The notes under the pieces: model-generated | The model's input: the letters and a program-made list of their open reading frames with translations, nothing else | Told to the model about the DNA's origin: nothing | Database searches by the model: none | Part shown: piece after piece, positions 33,391-43,608 of the stretch | Position numbering within the stretch: position 1 is the stretch's first letter | How the letters are laid out: each line of letters starts with the position of its first letter | Translations under genes and position numbers: made by a program | Source: an uncultured delta proteobacterium | GTDB taxonomy: Bacteria > Desulfobacterota > Binatia > Bin18 | DNA length: 64,000 bases | Direction of reading: 5' to 3' | NCBI GenBank assembly: GCA_963733195.1 | Contig: CAVTCR010000073.1 | Location: forward strand, 96,001 to 160,000

Positions 33391-33630
33391 CCTCCTTCCA
33401 CGCGTCAAAAGCCGAGCGTCTACTCTCAGTAGACTCTCCCTCGCGTGCTCGCCACTGATAGCGGCGGCGACAATTCGTTATGCCTGCGGGCGCTCCGGTT
33501 ACACTGGTGCGCGGGCTTCTACAGCGCCAGCACCCTTCAACCTCTCTGCTCTTGACGACGCACCCTCAAGAGAAGCACAGTCCGTCCTCATTTTCATCCT
33601 TCACTGTGAGCACTCAGCTCATCACCCACT

Positions 33631-33990
33631 GGTGCCATTCGCAAACCCAGGACGCGCGAGGGTAGGTGCGGAGGCACTGCTCAGGCAGCCAATACTGCCT
33701 CCCAGATCTGTGGAGTTCGTGCATGAGGGGAGCAGAGGACCGAGACATCAAATTGCCCTTTCTTCATCTGGTGAACGAGTTCGATGCCAGTGCTAGTAGT
33801 AGTCGTGTAATCAAAGCGCTTGCATCCCAGCATCGGTCGCACGCGCTGTTTCACTCGCCTGTGGTCCTGCGCAATCAGGGTGTTCACATAGCGGTTCGTC
33901 CGCCCACGGAGTGTTGTTGGTAAGAGGCCCTCTGCTTGGAGTTCGCCTACCGCGACATGCGAGGCGGTATAGCCGTCAAGGGCCATCTTC
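33631..33990 (-). pseudogene. IS6 transposase C-terminal remnant with degenerate IR
   Basis: DGYTASH..NTLIAQDHRRVKQRVRPMLG..GIELVHQMKKGQ. Confidence 0.8.
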
Positions 33991-34797
33991 GGCTTTGTCG
34001 CAACTTTGCAGGTGAGAGTTGATCCGCTATGCTTCTTCCCTGATTGGGCGGTGGAAGAGGAGCGGGATGAGCGATTTCAAGGGGAGCCCATTTGAGCGAG
34101 AGATCATTATGTGGGCCGTACGGTGGTATGTTGCGTATCCCATCTCTTATCGACAGCTCGAGGAGAGGATGGGCGAGCGAGGGGTGGCTGTGGATCATTC
34201 CACCCTTAATCGGTGGGGCATTAAATACGCTCCCGAGTTTGAGAAGCAGTTCCGTTGCCGGCAGCGCGCCGTGGGAAAGAGCTGGCGGCTCGACGAGACC
34301 TACGTGAAAATCAGAGGGAAATGGGCGTATTTGTATCGCGCCGTCGATAAAGACGGCCACCCCATTGATTTTTTGCTGACCCCCCAGCGCGATCGGGACG
34401 CTGCAGAGACCTTCTTACGCAAAGCTATTCGTAGTCAGGGACTCCCAGAGAACATCACGATCGACCAGAGTGGCAGTAACACGGCAGCAATCACGCACTA
34501 CAATAAGACGCAGAAGACCGCGCTTGTCATCTGCCACTCGAAATATCTCAATAACATCGTCGAGCAAGACCATCGGGCAGGGAAACGGCTGACGCGTCCC
34601 ATGTTGGGTTTCCAATCCTTTTGGGCGGCCCGCTGTACGGTCGCCGGCATAGGGGTGAGGCATGCGATTCGCAAAGGCCAGCTGATATGCACTGGGAATG
34701 CACCTCAAACGCCGGCGGAGCAATGCTATGCTTTGGCCGCATAAGTCACTAAAAGTAAATACTACGCTCGTCTCCATTTTAACTTTGCGACGGAATC
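33991..34797 (+). mobile_element. IS6-family insertion sequence, full length (transposase 34067-34744)
   Basis: IRs GGCTTTGTCGCAACTT / AACTTTGCGACGGAATC; WRLDETY, YLYRAVD and NNIVEQDHR DDE motifs. Confidence 0.92.
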
Positions 34798-35576
34798 TTG
34801 CATAGTGCTGCTCAATGTACGTGTCGTATTCATGCACTTGGGTGGTGTAGAAATCATACAAGGCCAGCGCCTGCTTGAGGGCAAAGACGTGTTCGGGCCG
34901 GTAGTGGCCGCTCAGCGCTTTGGCAATCTCGGCGGCACTCGCATGGCAGCGCTCATGGCGTAGCTGGGCCAGGGCCTGCGGATCACGCTCGCCCGCGACG
35001 ATCGCGCGAATCAGCCGCAGCCCGGTGAGACCCATAATGTCACTCACCACTTGCGTCAACTAGCACGTTCATCTGCTGCAACGCTTTCTGCATATGCTGG
35101 ATATGCGTGGCGCGATTCTCGAGCAACATGGTCCGTTGCCGCAAATAGGTCCGCAACACCCGCATCTCTTCCGCCGGACGAAAAGACGCCGTGAGCAACC
35201 CATAGCTATGCAACTGCTGCAACCACTGACAATCTTGTACCCCGCTCTTGCGCCCCGGCACGTGCTTCAGATGGCGCGCATTGACCACCTAGACCTCCAT
35301 CCCGCGTGCTTCCAACACTTCATAGAGCGGAATCCAATACACCCCTGTCGATTCCAGCGCCACGCTCGTCACCTGACACTGCCCCAACCAATCCGCCAAC
35401 GCATACAAGTCTGGCGTAAACGTGCCAAAGGCCCGCACCGGCTGCGCCGCGCGCTCGGCGGGCACGCTGACCCACATCTCTTCCGCTCCAATGTCCACCC
35501 CCGCCGCCGCACGATTCTGTACTCCCAGCTTCGGGGGTACTACCGCTTGGGGCGCCCGCCGCTTGGGTCTCTGCAT
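34798..35576 (-). pseudogene. IS110 transposase, N-terminal half (partner of 18554-18961)
   Basis: GVDIG, LESTGVYW, PGRKSGVQDCQWLQQLH, GERDP; internal stop and frameshift; cut by the IS6 IR. Confidence 0.9.
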
Positions 35577-35579
35577 CGC

Positions 35580-35828
35580 CTTGTTCCTCCTGTCCCTGGT
35601 CTTCAGCCCCAGACCTGGACACCTCAGTCCCACCTACGCTGCTCAGCGGGGTCGCGGCTTGGTGCCAGCCTCGCCTCCATTCTTTGCTCCATTAGGGTCC
35701 AGAACCAGTCTCAGCATCGGGCTCCTGCAGCACCATTCGTAACGCCGGTCTTAGCTTGTCGGGGCAGGTCGCTGAGGATAGCACTCTCCCGTTTCTGTCT
35801 CCATGCTGAGCGCCCCGCGCTCTGGGGA
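35580..35828 (-). ncRNA. candidate IS110 bridge-RNA region (non-coding left end)
   Basis: about 250-nt non-coding end containing matches to the rebuilt target and donor junctions. Confidence 0.5.
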
Positions 35829-35869
35829 CTCAGCATGAACGGGTGTTCTGGTTTAAGGTGAGGATTATT

Positions 35870-35913
35870 CCGCTTGTCCTGAGCGTCGTCGCGTAAGCGA
35901 CAAAGTCGAAGGG
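35870..35913 (-). repeat. REP-like element CTTCGAC-n-GCTCAGGACAAGCGG (inverted partner of the IS110-split copy)
   Basis: CCGCTTGTCCTGAGC-GTCGTCGCGTAAGCGACAAA-GTCGAAGGG. Confidence 0.7.
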
Positions 35914-35969
35914 CGGAGAGAAAGGAGACGTTGCACGCGGGCAAATTTTCCTCTCCTTCTTCCGTTCCT

Positions 35970-36722
35970 CTATCGAAACAAATCCGCCTCTGCTGGACGA
36001 ATTAGCTTCTTGCTGTCACCTTCAGCGGGAATAAACTGATAACCTCGGATGATAACTGCCGGGACTCCAGCTCCTTTTTCCATTAATAATCCTGCGGCGG
36101 CAGCAAGTTCATCAGCGACCGCGACAACCGTGTGATGCAGCTCGCGTCCCCGTAGGTCAGTGGCACCACGGAGATCGAGTAATGGCTCAAGTCCTGACAC
36201 ACCAAGCGCGAACTCGACCAGCCCATCACGCCATGGGCGACCAAATGTATCGGTGATGATAACACCCAGTGTGACTTTGCGCTGTTCTTGGAGGGCAAGC
36301 CGTAGCGCACGAGCTGATCCATCAATGTCCTTGGGAAGAAGAATAGCGATATCATCCCCAAGGCTGTTCGATTCATCCATCCCTGAGTTTGCGCACACCC
36401 AACCATGCTTGGTCTCGGTGATCACCACACCGTTCTTCATCCGCACGATACGGCTACTCTCACGCAGAACGACCTCTACTGCTCGTGGGTCTTTGTCCCA
36501 TTGCGTGGCGATTTGCTGTGCGAAGGGTGAAGGCTCGACAGTTTTGAGATCGACGATCGCCCCTTCTGCCTTTGACACGATCTTCTGACAGAGAATAACC
36601 ACATCGCCGTTTTGCAGGCCAATCTGTGCCTTATCGATAGCGCTTAGCAAAATCGCTGGGAGGTTGTCTCCTGGAGAAATTGCTGGGATACCGGGAATGG
36701 GAATGATTGAGATTGTATTCAT
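35970..36722 (-). CDS. cofE: coenzyme F420-0:L-glutamate ligase
   Basis: KIVSKAEG, VCANSGMDESN, TDTFGRPWR and DELAAAA motifs. Confidence 0.95.
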   Translation of the reverse strand: MNTISIIPIPGIPAISPGDNLPAILLSAIDKAQIGLQNGDVVILCQKIVSKAEGAIVDLKTVEPSPFAQQIATQWDKDPRAVEVVLRESSRIVRMKNGVVITETKHGWVCANSGMDESNSLGDDIAILLPKDIDGSARALRLALQEQRKVTLGVIITDTFGRPWRDGLVEFALGVSGLEPLLDLRGATDLRGRELHHTVVAVADELAAAAGLLMEKGAGVPAVIIRGYQFIPAEGDSKKLIRPAEADLFR

Positions 36723-36815
36723 AATATCCTAATGCATGATGCGTGAAACGTAATGCGTAAAGTGTGAAACGTAGAACGTAAACTCTGACGTTGTCGCGCG
36801 TTTACGTTCTACTCT

Positions 36816-37787
36816 TTATGTATTCTGAGGCAAGCAGCGTTTCTTGTGAGGATATTCTATAACGGCCTGTGCTAACGCAATCGATTTCTCCATATCGCTC
36901 ATAATCGTGTCAGTGACGATCACCGATATGCCGAGTTGCTCTATCTGTTGCCTCTGTTGCTGGTCTTGTGAATCAATGACAAAAGTATTGAGGAAGTCCC
37001 GATAAAGACCAGCGACGCCGACCGCTGAGACATCGATTCCGAGACCACTGAGTAAGCGGTCTGCGGGTCCTTTGATTGGCTTGCCGGCAACGAGCGGGCT
37101 GATCGCAACGATTGGTGCGGCAGTTTCTCGCAATGCCGATCGCACGCCGGGGAGTGCCAGAATCGGACCAATACTTACAATCGGATTGCTCGGCGGAAAA
37201 ATCACTAGATGTGCAGAACGAATCGCATCGCAGACGTCAGGAGCGGCAGTCGCGTCCTCGATGCCACGGAATTCGACATTATTCACAGTTCCCTCACTTC
37301 GGCGTTTAACAAAATATTCCTGAAACGGAAGTGCTCCAGCTTCGGTGTGAACAATAGTACGCACAGGATCGTTACTCATGGGAAGAATAGTGGCACGGAC
37401 GTTCCATGATTGTGCGATGGCCTGAGTGATTTCGCTCAGTGACTTCCCCTGGCGCAATTGTTGGGTACGGAAGAGGTGCGTGGCAAGATCGGTATCCCCC
37501 AAACCGAACCAGTTCTCAGGATAGTAGCGACCTAATGCGTTGAGGCAGCGAAAGGTTTCTTCTGGAAGTCCCCAGCCCTTTCCCGTATCCACTGAGCCGG
37601 CGAGCGTATAAGTGATCGTATCGAGATCAGGGGAAACTGAGAGGCCAAAAAATTCGTCATCATCCCCAGTATTAACGATGACACACAATCGCACTGGATC
37701 TATGACGCGTACAAGGCCGCGTAAAAAACGTGCGGCGCCAACTCCTCCAGCCAGAGCAGTGACGGTGAGATCTGTGGGTATCGTCAC
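36816..37787 (-). CDS. cofD: 2-phospho-L-lactate transferase
   Basis: LAGGVGAARF, VNTGDD, PDLDT, FQEYFV, PSNPIVSIGPIL and KGPA motifs. Confidence 0.95.
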   Translation of the reverse strand: MTIPTDLTVTALAGGVGAARFLRGLVRVIDPVRLCVIVNTGDDDEFFGLSVSPDLDTITYTLAGSVDTGKGWGLPEETFRCLNALGRYYPENWFGLGDTDLATHLFRTQQLRQGKSLSEITQAIAQSWNVRATILPMSNDPVRTIVHTEAGALPFQEYFVKRRSEGTVNNVEFRGIEDATAAPDVCDAIRSAHLVIFPPSNPIVSIGPILALPGVRSALRETAAPIVAISPLVAGKPIKGPADRLLSGLGIDVSAVGVAGLYRDFLNTFVIDSQDQQQRQQIEQLGISVIVTDTIMSDMEKSIALAQAVIEYPHKKRCLPQNT

Positions 37788-37855
37788 GCGCGCTCCTGGC
37801 CTGCCCTTTTATTATTTCCCCGTTTCGCCTGTGGGGAGAGTAATGTGTGGCGAGG

Positions 37856-39142
37856 TTAATGTGATACTTGCTGCTTCTCGCGTTCAAACGGATGGACGTA
37901 GCGAAATTGGTCGGAGGCAGCAAGTCGTTTGTATGAACCAAAACGTTCGTCTGGATTCTCAACCAGATCAAGCGGACTCAATTCCTCATCATCACCCGTA
38001 AAGATTTTTCGCAAGGTGTACGTTGTCGTGCGTTCCGCTGGGGTGCGCCCGAGGTCGCGTGTCAACCGGCGTAATTCCTTAGGTGGGACGAGTTGTCCAT
38101 ATTGTGCGCCAGCCGAGGTGGAGATGCTTTCATTAATGAGCGTTCCACCAAGGTCATTGGCACCTACAGTCAATAGATATTGCGCCATCTTAGGGCCTTC
38201 TTTGACCCACGAAGCCTGAATGTTGCGGAACGTAGGTCCCAACATCAGCCGAGCAACTGCATGCATCTTGACGACTTCCGCGCCAGTCGCACCTTGTCGG
38301 ACATTCTTGACGAGCTTGCGTTGGTACATCGGGGCTTCTTGATGAATCAACGAGAGTGGCACGAATTCCGTAAACCCACCGGTCTCTTTCTGAATATCAC
38401 GTAGCAAGTTCATGTGCTTGACCCAGTGCACCGGAGTCTCGACATGGCCATACATGATAGTCGAGGTCGTCGGGATTCCGAGACTGTGAGCAGATGTGAT
38501 GACCTCGATCCACTGTTGTACCGTCACACGGCCTGGGGCAATAATGTCACGAATATCCTGATCGAGAATTTCTGCCGAGGTTCCTGGCAGAGTGCCTAAG
38601 CCTGCTTCTTTCAACTCTTTGAGATACTGGATGACTGGAATGCCGGCACGAACAGAGCCGTAGTTCACCTCCTCCGGTGAAAACGCATGAACATGCAGAT
38701 CAGGCAATACTTTCTTCACCGCTCGGGTCAGATCGATGTACAAGCGACCATCCATCTTTGGCGGTAAGCCTGCTTGCATGCAGACCTCAGTGGCCCCCAT
38801 ATCAACGGCTTCTTGTGCGCGCCGAATAATTTCTTCCATGGGCAGGAAGTAGCCTTGTTCTTCGCGATACTCGCGGCTGAACGCGCAGAAGGTGCAGTGT
38901 TTGATGCAGACGTTCGTGAAGTTGATGTTGCGATTGACAACGTACGTGACGACTTCACCGACGTGGCGGCGACGCATTTCATCAGCGACGAGGCCTACAG
39001 CTTGAAGGTCAAGACCGTTGGTGTCACACAGCCGTAGACCTTCGCTCCACGAAATCTCCTCACCATCGAGAGCACGATTAAGGATCGTGCTCACTTCACG
39101 ATCAACATGTTCAAGGATAGCAGTCAGTCCGTTGGTTACCAC
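37856..39142 (-). CDS. cofH: FO synthase subunit CofH (radical SAM)
   Basis: VNRNINFTNVCIKHCTFCAF, PGTSAEIL, MYGHVE and GANDLGGTLINESIS motifs. Confidence 0.93.
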   Translation of the reverse strand: MVTNGLTAILEHVDREVSTILNRALDGEEISWSEGLRLCDTNGLDLQAVGLVADEMRRRHVGEVVTYVVNRNINFTNVCIKHCTFCAFSREYREEQGYFLPMEEIIRRAQEAVDMGATEVCMQAGLPPKMDGRLYIDLTRAVKKVLPDLHVHAFSPEEVNYGSVRAGIPVIQYLKELKEAGLGTLPGTSAEILDQDIRDIIAPGRVTVQQWIEVITSAHSLGIPTTSTIMYGHVETPVHWVKHMNLLRDIQKETGGFTEFVPLSLIHQEAPMYQRKLVKNVRQGATGAEVVKMHAVARLMLGPTFRNIQASWVKEGPKMAQYLLTVGANDLGGTLINESISTSAGAQYGQLVPPKELRRLTRDLGRTPAERTTTYTLRKIFTGDDEELSPLDLVENPDERFGSYKRLAASDQFRYVHPFEREKQQVSH

Positions 39143-39244
39143 GGTAAAACTCCTCAGGATTAAAACGTCAAACGTGATGCGTGAGAGTTGCTCACTCCCT
39201 AGGCTCGTTTTGCGCCTTAGTCATTACTCGTTACGTCTGTATTC

Positions 39245-40402
39245 TTAGCAAGCCGCCACTTGCTCTTGTAATTCTTGGGTGCGCGGGCGTAGTGCAGGTA
39301 AGAGAAATCCTGGACGTGTAATGTACTCTGGGTAAATCGCGAGCCGTTCCCGCAACGTGAATCCCTCCTCTTCACATGTCTGTGCGAGCGTTACCAGGTG
39401 AGGCCATGCCGCTTCGGGATTCACGTAATCTTTCGTTACTGGTGAAATACCGCCCCAGTCGTTAATTCCTGCACGCAGGATCAACTTATGATCATGTGGG
39501 CTGAGGTTGGGCGGCGCTTGCAGGTTCATCTTCCCACCCAAGAGCAGTCGTGCAACCGCGACTGTTTTCGCCATCTCCAGACTTTCGGGCTCTGGCGCAT
39601 CAGCCATGCGCGTCTTCGGCTTGGCTCGAAAGTTCTGCACGATGACTTCCTGAATATGGCCGTACTCCCGGTGAATGTCCCGGATGGCGATAAGGCTATC
39701 GACACACTCTTCGCGCGTCTCGCCAATACCGATAAGGATGCCGGTTGTAAATGGAATCTCCAGCTCACCGGCTTCACGTAACATGCGCACACGTACGACA
39801 GGATCTTTGTCAGGTGCAGAGAAGTGGGCCATACCACGTTGGCGTAGGCGCGGGCTGATATTTTCCAGCATCAGACCAAGACTCACGTTCACTTCCTTGA
39901 GCCACTTCATTTCGTTGTAGCTCATCACCCCAGCGTTGGTATGTGGCAACAGTCCCTGCGTGAGTGCGATTTCGCATGCACGATAGATATACTCGGTGGT
40001 GTTCTGATGGCCAAATCCGGCGAGTGTGGCACGATAACCGCTGTACGCGAGCTCTGGTTTATCCCCTAAACACATCAACGCTTCTTTGCAGCCCTGGGCT
40101 CTGCCGCGCTTAACCCAGTCAAGAATCTCGTCTGGTGTCATAGTCCACGCATCAGGATCACGTGGATCTTTGCGGAACGTGCAATACGAACACCGGTCAC
40201 GGCATAAATTGGTAACCGGGAGGAACACCTTACGCGAATATGTAACTGTCCTCCCCTTATGGCGATCACGAAGCTCCCCTGCAGCTGCCAACATGGCAGG
40301 GACATCTTCGTCGGCGCAGCTGATGAGCGTATAACCTTCCTCAGCGGAAAGCGACTTGTCCTGAAGGGCTTTGTTGAGAATCACTAAAAAGTGAGGTTGC
40401 AC
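39245..40402 (-). CDS. cofG: FO synthase subunit CofG (radical SAM)
   Basis: TYSRKVFLPVTNLCRDRCSYCTF, LPHTNAG, QAPPNL and DWGGISPVT motifs. Confidence 0.95.
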   Translation of the reverse strand: MQPHFLVILNKALQDKSLSAEEGYTLISCADEDVPAMLAAAGELRDRHKGRTVTYSRKVFLPVTNLCRDRCSYCTFRKDPRDPDAWTMTPDEILDWVKRGRAQGCKEALMCLGDKPELAYSGYRATLAGFGHQNTTEYIYRACEIALTQGLLPHTNAGVMSYNEMKWLKEVNVSLGLMLENISPRLRQRGMAHFSAPDKDPVVRVRMLREAGELEIPFTTGILIGIGETREECVDSLIAIRDIHREYGHIQEVIVQNFRAKPKTRMADAPEPESLEMAKTVAVARLLLGGKMNLQAPPNLSPHDHKLILRAGINDWGGISPVTKDYVNPEAAWPHLVTLAQTCEEEGFTLRERLAIYPEYITRPGFLLPALRPRTQELQEQVAAC

Positions 40403-40580
40403 GGAGATCTCCTGCCAACGCTTGCCCGAGTATTAGTGGAGGGGGGTGGTAATGTCAACCAGGTTTTTGCCGAAATATCACTTTTCTGTGATATTACTAA
40501 ACAATATTCTAGCGAAAAGTCTGAAATGATGAAGATTGTAGAGACACTCTCGCTCGCATCTCTACACAAAGGAGGAGAGA

Positions 40581-41453
40581 TTACACGATTTTATTCAACG
40601 GATACTCGATAATTCCTTCAGCTCCGTTCTTGATGAGCTTGGGAATAAGTTCCCGAACTACTTCTTCGCTAATCACACTCTCTACTGCGAACCAATCACT
40701 GTGATAGAGCGGCGAGACGGTTGGTGCGTTGAGACTCGGCAGCATGTTCACAACGGTATCGAGTTTTGCTCTCGGTACATTCAGTTTAATGCCGACCTTG
40801 GCTTCCGCCATGAGCGCGCCTTTGAGCAACAGCGCAATTTGCTCAATCTTCTCGCGCTTTCCTGGATCTTTCCAGGCTTGCCGATTGGCAATGATCTGGG
40901 GATTCGAAGTAAACAGCTCCCACACAATCTTGAGTCCATGCGCACGAATAGTCGAGCCAGACTCGGTCACTTCTACAATCGCATCGACCAAGCCTTCAGC
41001 TGCTTTGGCTTCGGTTGCACCCCACGAGAACTCTACGTCGACTTTGACCTTACGTTCAGCAAAATAGCGGCGTGTATACTCGACTAACTCGGTGGCGATC
41101 CGTTTGCCTTGCAGATCTTCCGGCGTGCGGATGGGAGAATCATGGGGAACGGCAAGGACCCAGCGCGTCGGTTGAAAACTGGCTTTGGAATACACCAGGT
41201 CAGAGATGACCTCAACGTCGGCATCGTACTCCATGATCCAGTCTTTACCAGTAATGCCAGCTTCGAGCGTGCCAGACTCAATGTAGCGTGCTATCTCTTG
41301 GGCACGCACCAGCATGCAACGGATTGAGGGGTCGTCGATGCTGGGAAAATAACTACGAGAACTAGTTGTGATTTTCCATCCAGCCTTGCGAAATAATTCG
41401 ATAGTAGAATTCTCAAGGCTTCCTTTGGGAATACCAAGCTTTAATGCATCCAT
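40581..41453 (-). CDS. hisG: ATP phosphoribosyltransferase (long form)
   Basis: [22 protein letters not shown] and C-terminal regulatory domain ([15 protein letters not shown]). Confidence 0.95.
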   Translation of the reverse strand: MDALKLGIPKGSLENSTIELFRKAGWKITTSSRSYFPSIDDPSIRCMLVRAQEIARYIESGTLEAGITGKDWIMEYDADVEVISDLVYSKASFQPTRWVLAVPHDSPIRTPEDLQGKRIATELVEYTRRYFAERKVKVDVEFSWGATEAKAAEGLVDAIVEVTESGSTIRAHGLKIVWELFTSNPQIIANRQAWKDPGKREKIEQIALLLKGALMAEAKVGIKLNVPRAKLDTVVNMLPSLNAPTVSPLYHSDWFAVESVISEEVVRELIPKLIKNGAEGIIEYPLNKIV

Positions 41454-41514
41454 ACGGAAAAAGTTCCTAACATAGGGGTAGCGGGGTCGCAAGTTGGACG
41501 GTGTGAAGATTGTG

Positions 41515-41748
41515 TTACTGACCACCGCGCACGTGCTGCTCAAGCAGTTGGATATGGCGACGCAGCAGGAGGTCGCGATTGCGAAGGGCTTCGACTGCAT
41601 CTTGAGTGAGTCCTGCGACCGCTTTGGGGTCACACGGCACGACATAGGTGACTTCTGGCAGGGCTGGCCCTGGAGGCAATGGCTGGACCCTCGTACTAAA
41701 TGAGCAACCGGAGAAAACCAATCCTAATATAACCAACCCCTTCCTCAT
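41515..41748 (-). CDS. small proline-rich lipoprotein
   Basis: [15 protein letters not shown] lipobox, GAGGAG RBS, 77 aa. Confidence 0.7.
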   Translation of the reverse strand: MRKGLVILGLVFSGCSFSTRVQPLPPGPALPEVTYVVPCDPKAVAGLTQDAVEALRNRDLLLRRHIQLLEQHVRGGQ

Positions 41749-41853
41749 GATCTCCTCTTTCACACAAGTGCACACATAGTCGTCCCGAGTGGACTCTGCT
41801 ACATATGGCACGCGTACGGCTTTGACAAGACACGCGAGGTGGAGGACAGGACG

Positions 41854-42894
41854 ATGAAACTTGCCGAGATTGCCCAGCGACTTGGGTGTGAGCTGCGAGG
41901 AGACGGAGATGTCGAGATCGCTGGGATGAATAGCATCGATGAAGCGCAACCACATGAGATGACCTTTGTCGCGAACAAAAAATATCTGGCTAAACTGGCG
42001 ACGACCAAAGCCGCCGCTGTCATTCTTGCTCCTACTGACCCAGACACAGCTCTCCCGTCCCTGCGAACGCCGGACCCCTATCTCGCTTTTGCCAGAGTAC
42101 TTGAATGGTTTTATCCGCCCTATGTTCCTCCAGTTGGGATACATCAAACTGCGGTGATTGCACCGACTGCACGCATTGGTGTATCCGCTTTTGTCGGGCC
42201 ATACGTGGTTATTGGTGAGAACGTTATGATTGGCGATCATGCGCGGATTTTTGCTCATGTTGTGATTTATCCAGACGTCCAGATTGGCCATTCGTTTACC
42301 GCACATGCTGGGGTAGTGGTTCGTGAGGGAACGAAAATCGGAGACCGTGTGGTCTTGCAAGGCGGAGTAGTGATTGGTGGTGATGGGTTTGGTTATGTAC
42401 CGCTTCCGGACGGATCAGCCTATAAAATCCCGCAAACCGGGACCGTTACGCTCGCAGATGACGTTGAGATCGGTGCGAATACCACGATTGATCGTGCGGC
42501 GATGGGAACCACTATGATTCGTCGCGGTGCAAAGCTCGACAACCTCGTCATGATTGGTCATGGCTGTGATGTCGGAGAGGGAGCGCTTCTTGCTGCGCAA
42601 GTGGGACTCTCGGGGAGTACCAAACTAGAAGCTGGGGTACGTATGGGTGGGCAAGTCGGGGCTGCGGGCCATCTGACCGTGGGAAAAAATACGATGGTTG
42701 CAGCGCAAAGCGGTATTCCCCACGATGTACCGGCGAACTCAGTAGTCGGTGGATACCCTGCGGTTGATATTATGTTGTGGCGGCGCTATTCGGCAGCATT
42801 GCCGAAGTTGCCCGAGCTCATGCGCAGGATACGTCGACTTGAACAAGCGCTGCAAGGGAATGAAGAATTAAAAATAAAGAGTGAAAACCAATAA
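41854..42894 (+). CDS. lpxD: UDP-3-O-acylglucosamine N-acyltransferase
   Basis: hexapeptide repeats, DGFGY, KIPQTG, EIGANTTIDR and KLDNLVMIGH motifs. Confidence 0.96.
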   Translation: MKLAEIAQRLGCELRGDGDVEIAGMNSIDEAQPHEMTFVANKKYLAKLATTKAAAVILAPTDPDTALPSLRTPDPYLAFARVLEWFYPPYVPPVGIHQTAVIAPTARIGVSAFVGPYVVIGENVMIGDHARIFAHVVIYPDVQIGHSFTAHAGVVVREGTKIGDRVVLQGGVVIGGDGFGYVPLPDGSAYKIPQTGTVTLADDVEIGANTTIDRAAMGTTMIRRGAKLDNLVMIGHGCDVGEGALLAAQVGLSGSTKLEAGVRMGGQVGAAGHLTVGKNTMVAAQSGIPHDVPANSVVGGYPAVDIMLWRRYSAALPKLPELMRRIRRLEQALQGNEELKIKSENQ

Positions 42895-42975
42895 AAGACT
42901 CAGGAAAAATACGCAGCAATCCATATCCTACGATTACTCTGCATTCCCCATTTTCCATTCTTCATTTTGTTGGTG

Positions 42976-43608
42976 ATGCTTGTGGCCCGCACAAAGAATC
43001 CATCTCCTCTACCCAACCGTAAAGAATCACAGGAGGATTGGATTCTGGATGACCAGGCCCTGGTGGCGGCGGTTGCACGTCAGGAACAGGAGGCCATCGA
43101 GCGTCTGTATGACCGATATCACATTATGGTGTACCACCTCGCCCGCAAAATCCTGAATGCTCCAGACCGTGCTGAGGAGGTCGTCTACGACGTATTTTGG
43201 CAAGTCTGGCGCGAGGCTGGACGTTACGATGGACAGCGCGGTAGCGTTGGTGCGTGGTTAACCACGCTCGCGCGTAGTCGAGCGATTGACGCGCTACGAG
43301 TACGAAAAGTTCAACCCTCGACAATAAACGACACAGAACTTGCGGAACGTTCCCTGCTCACTGACCCGACACCGAACCCAGAGGAACACACGGGCCTCGA
43401 GCAGCGAGCTGCCCTTGTGCGGATGGCAATAGAAACGCTACCGACTGAGCAGCGAGCCGCCCTGGAATTAGCCTTTTTCCGCGGATTGTCACACAGTGAA
43501 ATCGCCGAACATCTAGACGAACCCGTTGGGACGGTCAAAACACGTATTCGCACAGCTATGCTACGGCTGCGAGACCGCTTACGTCCACTTCTTGGTGGTA
43601 CCTCATGA
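42976..43608 (+). CDS. ECF sigma factor (SigK-like); start uncertain
   Basis: AEEVVYDVFWQVW, WLTTLARSRAID and GLSHSEIA..GTVKTRIR motifs. Confidence 0.93.
   Translation: MLVARTKNPSPLPNRKESQEDWILDDQALVAAVARQEQEAIERLYDRYHIMVYHLARKILNAPDRAEEVVYDVFWQVWREAGRYDGQRGSVGAWLTTLARSRAIDALRVRKVQPSTINDTELAERSLLTDPTPNPEEHTGLEQRAALVRMAIETLPTEQRAALELAFFRGLSHSEIAEHLDEPVGTVKTRIRTAMLRLRDRLRPLLGGTS

Larger units (their letters stand above)
18539..35833 (-). mobile_element. IS110-family element inserted in a REP palindrome, enlarged to about 17.3 kb by nested insertions
   Basis: CTCAG at both ends (18539-18543, 35829-35833); joining the flanks restores a REP; transposase C-half at the left end and N-half at the right end, same strand. 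Confidence 0.8.

Noticed and set aside
41749-42360. 281-aa minus-strand ORF 41515-42360 and the N-terminal extension of hisG to 41645
   Set aside because: Antisense shadow of lpxD and overlap with the lipoprotein gene; RBS and homology support starts at 41748 and 41453.
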